A DNA stretch of 64,000 nt from Candidatus Parcubacteria bacterium (GTDB lineage Bacteria > Patescibacteriota > Patescibacteriia > Patescibacteriales > UBA12075): the NCBI GenBank assembly GCA_963814275.1, contig CAWFCE010000002.1:875263-939262 (forward strand), given 5' to 3'. Position numbers and translations under genes: made by a program. This document shows, piece after piece, positions 49,185-59,059 of this stretch. Each line of letters starts with the position of its first letter. Within the stretch, counting starts at the first letter, position 1. The notes below the pieces were generated by a model. That model did not search any database, was not told the DNA's origin, and saw nothing but the letters and a program-made list of their open reading frames with translations.

Positions 49185-51116
49185 ATGAAAAAGAAAATTT
49201 TAGTGACAGGAGGGGCGGTAATTGCAGTGGTAATCGGGGTTATCGGAATGAGCGCTTTCGAGGCCCATGTCATCAATGTAACCGCCCATATCGAGAACGG
49301 GCTTAACGTATCCAGCAGCGAACTAGAATTCGGGACGGTCATTCCCCAGGAGTATTTGGAACGGAATTTTTCCGTCGGCTGAGCGCGTCATTTTTGGCCG
49401 AATCGAGGCTCCAGTATATCGATTACGATATAATCCAATTGCCGAAACCGGTCTGGCCCGAACCGGAGGGATGCGGCCAAAATTTCGAAGAAGTCGATGC
49501 GGCCAGGGCGTATTGCCATGACAATCCGACTGATTACGATTGTACTACCGCGACCTTTGCCAATTTCTGTCGAAAGACGATGCCGATCCGGAAGACGGAA
49601 ACGATACGGAACATCCTAGTTACTTCCAGGGTGACCACTGTAGCTTATCTGTAGTCCAGGCAGGCGGCGAGCGGCCAAAGCGACGGACGAAAGCGATGAC
49701 TGGATAATCGATCTCAAAGTACCGCCCGTGGCAGGATATGTCGGATTGGAATGGCCCAGCGGCTGCCCTACTGTGGCGGCTCAGGCGGATTACGGCTGCG
49801 ATATCTACGTCCAGGTCACAGGCGTGAATGGCGAAGACGGTCCGGTTTGCGAGCCGGACTGTGCCGATAAGCAATGCGGCGGCGATGGCTGCGGCGGTAA
49901 CTGTGGAATCTGCGGTACGGAAGAGAGTTGTATTGGCGGCGCTTGCGTAGCCGAAGCGGCGGACGCGGATATTGACGGGGATCCGGATAGTACCGATTGC
50001 GCGCCCAATGATGGCAGTATTTATCATGGTGCCGCCGAGGTTTGCGATGGAATTGATAATGACTGCGACGAACAGGTAGATGAAGACCTGGAATCAAACA
50101 ATACCATTCTGTCTGTCGGCATTTGCGCCCAGGCATACGAAGTATGTCTGGGAGTGGCCGGTTGGGTGATGAATTATCCTGTTACATATGAATTTGTCGA
50201 AATATCGTGTGATGGATTGGATAATGACTGTGATGGATTAACTGACGAAAACTGTATTGATTGTAATGCATTGAATTGCGATGATGGTAATACCTGTACG
50301 ACCGACTCCTGTGACATAAATATCGGCTGCCTGCATAACCCAAATAGCGAGCCATGTAGTGATGGAGTATATTGCAACGGCCCTGATGTATGTTCGGGCG
50401 GAACCTGCAGTATACATGGTGGCAATCCCTGCGCCGGGCAAAATGTCGGCCCGGATTGCAGTGATTCCTGTAATGAATCAAGCGATGATTGCACAGCCAG
50501 TGACGCAGACGGAACAAGCTGTACAGGAGGACTTTGCCAATCGGGCGATTGTGAATTGTCGTGCGTACCGGCTACGGAAATTTGCGATAATAAAGATAAC
50601 GACTGCGACGGACAAATCGATGAAGGACTGGACCAACCCTCCGTTTGCGGCATTGGCGCCTGTCAAAGGAATGGCACTAATATGTGCATGAACGGACAGT
50701 ATATCAATACCTGCTTTCCGGGTTTGCCGATAACCGAAATATGCGGAAATACAATCGATGACGATTGCGACGGTGTAGCTGATGAAGATTGCGATGATTC
50801 ATGCACTACGGCCGACGATTGCGATGATTCAAACTCGTGCACTTCTGATCAATGCACAGCAAATCATGAATGTTTAAATCTGGACCGGGGGGTATTGGAG
50901 TGCATACAGTTAGGTGGTTCTGGAAGCTGTACAGGAGGTGTGGTTACTTGCAGCGGTGGGTCGCCTGTCTTATGTCCCAATGGCTGTAATGATAATAATT
51001 CTTCAACCTATGATTATTGCGATAACGCCGGGCAATGTCTGCACTATACTTACCCCGGTGCAGGATTTCATATATGTTTTCCCTCCTGGGGAGGCGGACA
51101 AGTCTGTTTTCCATAG
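49185..51116 (+). pseudogene. SipW-locus paralog C: shared N-domain + long Cys-rich region; three -1 frame breaks
   Basis: MKKKILVTGGAVIAVVIGVIGMSAFEAHVINVTAHIEN. The pieces in frames 3, 2, 1 and 3 align to A/B (..NFSVG|LSASF.., ..CTTA|DLCQFLSKDDADPEDGND.., ..SPGRRRAAKATDESDDWIIDLKVP..GCDIYVQV). The C-terminal 460 aa are rich in CDG.DNDCD and EGF-like Cys spacing. Confidence 0.6.
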
Positions 51117-51155
51117 TAAGGATAAGTTTAACGAATTATTTAACTATTAAATATT

Positions 51156-51643
51156 ATGACTGAAGAAAATAAAAACCAGGGAGGGGAGCTTCATGGCGAG
51201 GTGCCGGCAAAGGGCATTATCGAGAAAAAAAAGCATAAATCAATCGGCAAAAAGATCGTTTGGGTAATAATCAGTCTGATCGCGCTGGTTCTGATCGTGC
51301 AGGTTGCTGTAGCCGACCGCTATAGCGCCCAGGTACTGGTGATAGAAGGCGAGAAGAAGGTTGGGGTCAATCCCACGACCGAGAAGCTTGATTTCGGGGA
51401 TTTGTCGGCTGATACCTCCGCTACCCGTTTCGTCACCCTCACCGCCGGCGGATCGGATACTTCATCCATGTGATGAAATTCGGCTCGATCGCCGAACTGG
51501 TCAAAGTGAACGAAAATAATTTCACTTTACGCAAAGGTGACGAGAAAAAGCTTGAATTCTCGCTCTATATGCCGCCGTCAGCGCCAGTGGGGGAGAAATA
51601 TACGGGGCAGGTGTGGATATTCAAGTTACCGAAGATTTGGTAA
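51156..51643 (+). CDS. small TM-anchored beta-sandwich-like protein; one -1 frame break at ~51458
   Basis: N-terminal TM IVWVIISLIALVLIVQVAVADRYSAQVLVIEG. The first ORF stops at 51473, but frame 2 continues YFIHVMKFGSIAELVKVNENNFTLRKGDEKKLEFSLYMPPSAPVGEKYTGQVWIF to 51643. Confidence 0.5.
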
Positions 51644-51687
51644 GCAATTATTCCGCATTATCATTTATTCGCCAGAGAAACAAATAG

Positions 51688-52152
51688 ATGGGGCCAAACA
51701 TTAAAAAAATATTTAAAAAGATAATTGAATGGGCTGCGTATGCGGCGATATTCATAATAATCGTCTGGGGAACACCGCAGGTTTTGTCGTATTTTTTACA
51801 AACCGAGTATCCGATCGCTTCGATCACATCCGGTTCGATGTGGCCGGTTTTGAAAGTCGGTGACCTGGTTCTGATCCACGGTATAAACGGCAAAGAGGAT
51901 CTGAAAATCGGCGATATTATCGTTTACCGCAACCAAGCCGCCAGCCTGGGTCCGGAAAACAGTTTCATTATCCATCGCATCGTCAAGCTCGGCGATACGA
52001 TCGTAATTACCAAAGGCGACGCCAACAACATCGAAGACCCGCCAGTGGCTTATGACCAAGTAATCGGTAAGGCGGTGATGCTGGGCGACAAACCCTTGCG
52101 CGTTCCCTGGCTGGGTAATTTATCAATAATGTTCAATAAGAGTAAAAGTTAG
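51688..52152 (+). CDS. sipW: signal peptidase I, archaeal/ER (SipW) type
   Basis: One TM, catalytic Ser box ITSGSMWPVLKVGDLVLI, His box IIHRIVKL, and TKGDANNIEDP. 154 aa. Confidence 0.85.
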   Translation: MGPNIKKIFKKIIEWAAYAAIFIIIVWGTPQVLSYFLQTEYPIASITSGSMWPVLKVGDLVLIHGINGKEDLKIGDIIVYRNQAASLGPENSFIIHRIVKLGDTIVITKGDANNIEDPPVAYDQVIGKAVMLGDKPLRVPWLGNLSIMFNKSKS

Positions 52153-52328
52153 TTGTATTCAATCCCGTCATCCTGGAGCCCCGAAGGGGCGATAGGATCC
52201 CAGGGTGCTATAAATAATACAGCGGTCATTCATGATTATTGCAAGATGGCGCGAGGTCCTATCGGCCTGCAGCCTCCCGGATGGCAGTAACTAACAAAAA
52301 AATTAGAAGCAATACACCAAGATAAAAT

Positions 52329-54760
52329 ATGGACAACAGTCGCAGACAAAGAAAATATGTGATCGACCTAAGGCCGCGGCCTTTTGTATTGCGGCGCTGG
52401 CTGAAATGCTTGGTACCGTTAAGGGCCAATGAATATCTGCCTCGTTTGTCCCGCAAGAGTCTGGCTATAATTATGCTGATAGCCCTGGTCACAGGACAGA
52501 CAGTGTCGATGGATGCCTTCGAATCGCATATCATCAACGTGATCGCGCGGGTGAGGAACGATGGACTCAATATAAATATCGCCGGCGGCCAATTTTGCTC
52601 TGGCGATGTAGAGATGATAGAGTTGACCACGCCGTCCCCGAATAACACGATCATCTATACCCTGGACGGGAGCGAACCGGTTTGCGGTGTAAACGGGCTT
52701 GATTACGGCGGCATCTTCGCCCTCAGCCAAAATACGACGATAACCGCGCGCGTTTGCGACGATGGCCATACCAGCCAGCCGATATCCTGGGATTTCGAAT
52801 TTTCTCCGGAATTTTGCGGCGGCTGCGAGTCCGATCCGGGCGATTTCTGTTCGGAATCGATGGGCGGATGGGGACAGGTTTGCCATGGCAATAATCCCGG
52901 CTGTCTCCGGGATAACAATTGGGACGCGGTGATAGGCGGCAGTCTGGTCGTAGGCACCGGACACACCATTATCCTGACCGGACCGGATGCTGTGGAAAAT
53001 TACTTCCGGCCGGCGGCACGCCCGCTTCATTGCCCCAAAGCTATATAGACCCGGACGATACCGGGGCCGGGATATTGGGCGGGCAGGTGGTGGCGCTCAA
53101 ATTGAACGTATTGTATTCCGCCGCCGGCATCGGGATCAATTCTTCCGGCAATACCGCGCCCCTAGGATCACTAAAGATAAAATCCGGTTTGTTCAAAGGG
53201 ATATCGGTATCTCAATTTCTTGATTTGGCTGAACAGGTTCTCGGTGGCGTTAGCGGCGGCTTGGCGGCATATGACGCCACTATAAGCGATCTAAGCGATA
53301 TGGCGGCGAAGATCAATGAAAATTTCGACGATTGCGATACCGATGAAGGTTATCTGGTGGTACCGGAGTGCTATACCGAAGTGTGCGGTAATGAAAATAT
53401 CGATCCGGGAGAGGAATGCGATGACGGTAATCTGACCAACGGAGACGGCTGTAGCGCCGATTGCCGCCGGGAAGAGTGCGTTCCGGGCGAAGAAATTTGC
53501 GACGATATCGATAATGATTGTGACGGTATTATCGATAACGTTTTCGAAGCCGCCAGTATATACGGGACACCGGCACAGGCCCGGTTGCATAATGGGACGC
53601 TGGTTACCGATAAAGTGGCGCTAAGTGATAATAAATACGCCCAGCAGGACGTGAACGGGACTAAATATATTTATCTGGAATGGCAATTCGACGGATTACT
53701 GGCCGATGACCTGATCACTACGAGCACGCTGAAACTCGAGCACAAGGAAAGCGACGTGGATATTACGGTAGAATGGTGGAACGGCGTGAAATACACCGAA
53801 GTTTGCGATCCGGTGGAATTCGGCAGTGATACGGTATCAACCTGCGACCTGGCGCCATACATAGACAATCCGGACAAAGCCAAAAACGTTAAAATCCGCC
53901 TTCGGCTCGAACAAGACGGCCATTGCAATGAAAAATTGGATTGGGCGTATCTGGAAATTAGTTACCACTCACCGGCAGATTGCGCATCGGTCTGCGGGAA
54001 TGCCCGGCTGGATGCGGGGGAAGAATGCGACGATGGTAATATTACCGCAGGTGACGGTTGCGACGACAGCTGCTTGACAGAAGGACCGGATCATTGCCTC
54101 AAGATCAACGAAGTATATTACCGGCCCGATTGCGCCCATGGCGGCGATGATAAAGAATGGGTCGAATTGTATAATGATTGCGGCTATACGGTCGATCTCG
54201 ATGGCTGGAAACTGAAAGACAATAAAAAGCAGGAAAAGATCGATGGGCAATACAACCTTCCGGCAGGGGGATTCGCGGTAATCGCGGCCTCTAAATCAGT
54301 TTGGGGCTATTGGCCGGGTATTCCGGAGGAGGCATTGAAAATCAGCCAGGGAAAAAGCCGCTTATTCGATAATCTGGACGATAGCGACCATTTATTCCTC
54401 TATGACGCCCAGGGAGAGCTGATGGACGGAGTCAGCTGGGGCAGGGATAAGTCAGCCTTCGACCCGGCAGTGGATGGAGTCAAAGAAGGGCATTCGATTT
54501 CACGCAAAAACAAAGGCGTCGACACCGATACGGCGGCTGACTGGATGGATACAGACAAAAAATCAACGCCTCCCGGCCCGAATCCGGGGACAAACCCGCA
54601 TAATGACGATGGCAGCCTGATACTGCCGGAAGATCCCGGCAATGAAGTATCCGGCGATAAGGACGACGCCGATGACGAGAACAAAAGCTGGATCAACGAC
54701 CATTCCCGCGGCTGGCCGGATGGAGGACAGGATGAGCATTCGTCGCAAAGGTATCAATAA
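52329..54760 (+). CDS. SipW-locus protein D: chitobiase-C-like domain, two Myxococcus-type Cys-rich repeats, lamin-tail domain; one -1 frame break at ~53003
   Basis: [80 protein letters not shown] and [30 protein letters not shown] motif KINEVYY...[20 protein letters not shown]. Start uncertain: ATG 52329, or TTG 52446, which gives a cleaner signal peptide. Confidence 0.55.
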
Positions 54761-54763
54761 TGT

Positions 54764-56380
54764 ATGATCAAGATATTCGAAAAAAATAAATATCGCATCG
54801 GCCTGGCCATGGTCATGGCTGTTTTGGCTTTGGCCGCCGTACGGATGCAGGCCAATTTGATGCGGGTCAGTGCGCAAAATCTTCCCGTAGTAGTCAACAC
54901 CAACGAGCTGTCTTTCGGTACGGTATTTCCCGGAGAAATACTGGAAAAATCCTTTGCTATCAATTATTCGGCCGAAGCCGGCGATGTACATTATCGGATA
55001 GTACAAAAGCGCAAGCCACTGCCGGAAAACCATCCGGAATATCCTGATGGCGGCGATCCGGACATGCCCGGCTATTACCGGAATCTTTGTCCGTCACTGG
55101 CCAAATTGAGCCTGGAGAATGAGGGCGATACCGAATCTGCGGCGGCATTGGATGAAGAGGATATAAGCGATACCTGGGTTCTCCGATTTAGTGTACCGGC
55201 GATATTCGGCCAGGTGGCCCAAGACCACGAGGGCGGAATCGTCGATGCCAGCGGCGAATACGGTTGTGACATCTCAATAGACGTGGACGAAGATGAGCCG
55301 GTTTGCATACTTGGCGAACTTTGGCGGATCGGGGATAGCGAGGCGAGTCAGCTTGATAACCCGGTAGATGAATTGAACTGGCCGGGAGCTTTCGGCATAT
55401 TCCCTTCTTTTGCCGATCCTTATATAATCGATAGCAATGTTTATGCCGATTTTCCCTATAATTCCAACTATTCAAGCGGGTACGCTGCCGATTTCGATAT
55501 TAACTTTTATTTCAACAGCCCGGTAACGGCGCAAGCCGAACTGGTGCTGTCCTGGGGACCCGGGCACAGTGGTAGTGAACGAAAAGAAATATTATTGGAT
55601 AATGTTTCGGTCGGAACCAGTCCAATCCGGAACGGTTCGTTTGTAACGGGCTGGTGGGAAGAAATGGAGCGTTTCAGCGATAGTTTTACATTCGAATTAA
55701 ATCCCGGTAGCCATACTTTGAATCTAAAACAGCTAACCGGGGACGGGACGATTTGGGATTATGCCGTAATGAATATAATCAGCTGCGAGAATAATGATAT
55801 TGTGGAAACGTTCTCGATCAGCGGCGCCGGGGGAGGCGGTAATCGATTGTTCGCAGCTGATCCGAATAACGGCATGACTACCGGCGGCATTGTGGTTGAG
55901 GGAGAAATGGGTGCACCTGAATTGTCGGTGGAAAAACAGGTATTGGCAGATTTCGCGAACCCCGGGGACATTGCCGTTCCTTATCGCGTTACCGTAACAA
56001 ATAACGGCAATATTTCGGCTTTCAATATAGTATTGACCGATAATCTGCCCCAATGGTTCATATTCAGCGATAATGGCGTGACGAAAAAAACCTGGCTACC
56101 ATTCGAACTCGCTCCGGGAGCATCGAAAAATTTCGATTATACCGTGGATATTTCTCCGTCAGCCGCGGCAGGAAATTATGCCAACACTGTGATAGCCGTG
56201 GCTGATAATAACGACCCCGTACAGGCAACAGCCGTCTTAAACATAAAAACCGTATCGGTGCTGGGTGCTTTACTTGACGCAACCGGCTTCAGTGTCAGGG
56301 AGTTCGCGCTATTGATCGCCATGATCGTCATTCTGCTGGGGTTGTCATGGCATATCAGGAAGAATAATAAAGCGATTTAG
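54764..56380 (+). CDS. SipW-locus paralog E: shared N-domain + DUF11 repeat + LDATG sorting signal
   Basis: ELSFGTVFPGEILEKSF...VHYRIVQKRKP...LCPSLAKLS...DISDTWVLRFSVP...YGCDISIDV. DUF11-like VEKQVLADFANPGDIAVPYRVTVTNNGNISAFNIVLTDNLP. C-terminus is LLDATGFS + TM + HIRKNNKAI. Confidence 0.75.
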   Translation: MIKIFEKNKYRIGLAMVMAVLALAAVRMQANLMRVSAQNLPVVVNTNELSFGTVFPGEILEKSFAINYSAEAGDVHYRIVQKRKPLPENHPEYPDGGDPDMPGYYRNLCPSLAKLSLENEGDTESAAALDEEDISDTWVLRFSVPAIFGQVAQDHEGGIVDASGEYGCDISIDVDEDEPVCILGELWRIGDSEASQLDNPVDELNWPGAFGIFPSFADPYIIDSNVYADFPYNSNYSSGYAADFDINFYFNSPVTAQAELVLSWGPGHSGSERKEILLDNVSVGTSPIRNGSFVTGWWEEMERFSDSFTFELNPGSHTLNLKQLTGDGTIWDYAVMNIISCENNDIVETFSISGAGGGGNRLFAADPNNGMTTGGIVVEGEMGAPELSVEKQVLADFANPGDIAVPYRVTVTNNGNISAFNIVLTDNLPQWFIFSDNGVTKKTWLPFELAPGASKNFDYTVDISPSAAAGNYANTVIAVADNNDPVQATAVLNIKTVSVLGALLDATGFSVREFALLIAMIVILLGLSWHIRKNNKAI

Positions 56381-56448
56381 TCATTAATTTTTAATAATCC
56401 TGTATAATAATCCAGTTTTCAATAATCCAATAATATTTTTAAATTTTA

Positions 56449-56631
56449 AATAATCCAATAATCCAATTTTCAATCAATATTTAATATTCAATATCAAATA
56501 TATAAATATAAATTTTTTCCATTGTGATTGAGGTTAATATTAGTAAGTTATATTATACACCAGACACACTATATTATATTTTATACTATCACTTGTAACT
56601 ACACCGTTTGAAAATTAAATATTGATTGGAT
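56449..56631. repeat. dispersed AT-rich element, copy 2
   Basis: Ends identical to 12650-12680 and 12730-12753. The internal segment is 79 nt longer than in copy 1. Confidence 0.8.
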
Positions 56632-56700
56632 TATTGAATTATTGAAAATTGATATAAGAAAAGGATTTAATCAAAAATCTTTTTTTGCTTTCAGAGAATA

Positions 56701-56726
56701 ACCCCGAGGCATCACGGGGTTTTTTA
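56701..56726 (+). terminator. rho-independent terminator
   Basis: accccg-aggcatca-cggggt followed by TTTTT. Confidence 0.7.
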
Positions 56727-56862
56727 ATTTCTATTTAATTTATAAATAATATTAAGTTAACCTTGTTATATTATAGTGATATTAACAAAGAATAAGATTC
56801 AAATAAATATCGCAAAGCCTTAATATAAACTGAATCCCTAAAACAAATAAAAACACTAACAT

Positions 56863-57939
56863 ATGAACGAAGAGGGGAAACGTTCGAAAAACTGGATCGG
56901 ATTAGGCGAAGAAAACAAAAAGCTGTCAATATCTCTGCTGATCCCATGCCACAATGAAGAGCGGACAATCAAAAAGACCATCGAATCCTGCCTGGACCAA
57001 ACCCGTCCGGCAGACCAGGTTATAGTCGTAAATGACGGCAGTACTGACCGGAGCCTTGAGATAATCGAAAGCTTCGGCGAGCGCGTCATTTCGATAAATA
57101 TCGTCAAATGCACCGGCAACAAGAGCTATGCCCAGGAATACGGGCTGATGTTCGTGACCGGTGATGTTTTTATCGCGACCGATGCCGATACGCTGATGGA
57201 CCGGAAGTTCATCGAGCGGATCGAGGCTGATTTCCAGGACGAAAAAGTCAGCGCGGTCTGTGGCTACGTGAAAAGCCTGGAATACAACTGGCTGACTGCC
57301 TGCCGGCAGATCGATTACTCCATATCGCAGGGCATCCACAAGCTGGCCCAGGGTATCATGGGCTTCGTCGTAGTGATCCCGGGGTGTGCCGCCGCCTTCC
57401 GCACCGATGTTTTCCGGGGCTATGTCACCTTTGATCACGATACTTTGACCGAGGACCTGGACTTCACTTACAAATTGCACGAACAGGGGTTCCGGGTCGC
57501 TTTTGACAATAAGGCTGTCGTCTACACCCAGGACCCGGCCGAACTCAAGTCCTATGTCAATCAGGTAAAACGCTGGTACCGGGGAAATTGGCAGAATTTG
57601 CGCAAACATTACAGAATATTCGGCCGTGCGATCCCGGCCATGGAACTGTCGCTGGCATTCATTGAGGGGCTGATATTTCCAGCCAGCCTGCTTATTATGC
57701 TGTCTATTAGCGTCATCTACTTCCTGCGCATCGTGGAATTCTATCTGGTCGCGGCATATGTCGTCGGACTGTATGCGGCCATTGTCAGCCGGCGCTGGCG
57801 CCTGATGCTTTATCCGCCATTTTACGTGGCCATGATGTTCGTCAATTCCTGGGTGTTTATATCCGAATTTATCAAAGAATATACGAACAAGAACAGGAAA
57901 TTAATCTGGTTCTCGCCGGCTAGAAGGGAGATCGTATGA
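56863..57939 (+). CDS. processive family-2 glycosyltransferase (PgaC/IcaA/chitin-synthase-like)
   Basis: LLIPCHNEE...VVNDGSTD, DADT, TEDLDFTYKL, and Q-x-x-RW as QVKRWYRGNWQ, followed by C-terminal TMs. Confidence 0.85.
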   Translation: MNEEGKRSKNWIGLGEENKKLSISLLIPCHNEERTIKKTIESCLDQTRPADQVIVVNDGSTDRSLEIIESFGERVISINIVKCTGNKSYAQEYGLMFVTGDVFIATDADTLMDRKFIERIEADFQDEKVSAVCGYVKSLEYNWLTACRQIDYSISQGIHKLAQGIMGFVVVIPGCAAAFRTDVFRGYVTFDHDTLTEDLDFTYKLHEQGFRVAFDNKAVVYTQDPAELKSYVNQVKRWYRGNWQNLRKHYRIFGRAIPAMELSLAFIEGLIFPASLLIMLSISVIYFLRIVEFYLVAAYVVGLYAAIVSRRWRLMLYPPFYVAMMFVNSWVFISEFIKEYTNKNRKLIWFSPARREIV

Positions 57940-58871
57940 TGCCGAGCGGCGGGTTCTATCTGATCGTCCATTTGGTTGTCCTGTTGATAAACCGTGTTTT
58001 TCGTTTCGTCAAAAAAGCGGTGATCCCTTCAGCCATAATGACCGCGGTTTTTGCATTGGCGGCTTACGGCGTCTACGCGACCGTCGGCGGGGCCCTGGAC
58101 AGCGAAAACAACCTGGAACTGTACCAGAATCTGACCTTCCGCTGCCTGCCGCCCAACCCGGAAATAAAGCCGAAGAAGATCATTATCCGGATCGACGATA
58201 TTCAGGCCTATTGGCTCAGGGATGTCCAGATCAAAATGCTTGATGAACTGTATAACCGGAATATTCCCGCGCTATTGGGCGTGATCCCCCTGAACCTGAA
58301 GGACGATACCAAGCTGACCGGCTACCTGCGCAAGCATTATTGCAGTTTTGAGATCGCCATGCGCGGCTACGACCAGGGCAAGGATGTCGGCTATAACGTG
58401 CCGGAATTCGCCAATCTGCCGGAAGCGGATGCCTATGACCGGATCATGCAGGCGATGCCGGTGCTGGCAGGGATCAACCGGGGGCCGCTGACCACCTTCA
58501 TTCCGCCGCGCGGCGTCTATTCGACCGGCACGGTCTCAGCCCTGATCAAGGCCGGATTCAAGGAAATTTCGGCCAGCGGCGACGGCCTCTTTGACGCGAC
58601 CGCCAATACATATGACTTCAGCACCCGCCAGGCAGTGCCGCTGGATGATGTCATCAAGGAGTGCCAGACGGCCCTGGACAAGAAAGATGTCTGTACGATA
58701 GTGATCTATCCGCAAAGTATATCGACCAACGACAAGCTGGATCCGGAGAAGTACCGGTATTTCACCGATCTGCTGGACCGGGCGAGCTCTTTGGACGCGC
58801 AGATCAGCATACCCAAAGATATGATCTTCTGGTATCAGCTGCAGCCACCGCAAAATTCAAATAGTTCTTGA
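57936..58871 (+). CDS. membrane-anchored polysaccharide-deacetylase-like protein (divergent)
   Basis: ATGA overlap with the GT2 gene. N-terminal TMs. KIIIRIDDIQAYW...NIPALLGVIP resembles DUF2334/divergent NodB-like families. Weak call. Confidence 0.45.
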   Translation: MMPSGGFYLIVHLVVLLINRVFRFVKKAVIPSAIMTAVFALAAYGVYATVGGALDSENNLELYQNLTFRCLPPNPEIKPKKIIIRIDDIQAYWLRDVQIKMLDELYNRNIPALLGVIPLNLKDDTKLTGYLRKHYCSFEIAMRGYDQGKDVGYNVPEFANLPEADAYDRIMQAMPVLAGINRGPLTTFIPPRGVYSTGTVSALIKAGFKEISASGDGLFDATANTYDFSTRQAVPLDDVIKECQTALDKKDVCTIVIYPQSISTNDKLDPEKYRYFTDLLDRASSLDAQISIPKDMIFWYQLQPPQNSNSS

Positions 58872-58907
58872 GTATTTGAAATATTAATATAATTAAAGTC
58901 AGAAGCA

Positions 58908-59041
58908 CTAATTTCTAATTTCAAAATACTAAACAAATCCCAAATTCAAATTGATAAATTCCAAACTCCTAATTTTTAAAGTCGTTCTTTATGTTAAAGG
59001 TTTCGAACAAATTTGTTTAGTATTTTGAAATTAGAAATTAG
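58908..59041. repeat. perfect 31-nt inverted repeat with 72-nt loop
   Basis: ctaatttctaatttcaaaatactaaacaaat (58908-38) / atttgtttagtattttgaaattagaaattag (59011-41). Confidence 0.9.
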
Positions 59042-59059
59042 AATTTATTATTAATTATA

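Noticed and set aside
45225-56380. Diversity-generating retroelement acting on the variable surface proteins
   Set aside because: There is no reverse transcriptase ORF (no YxDD-containing protein) and no template/variable repeat pair with A-specific mismatches in the window.
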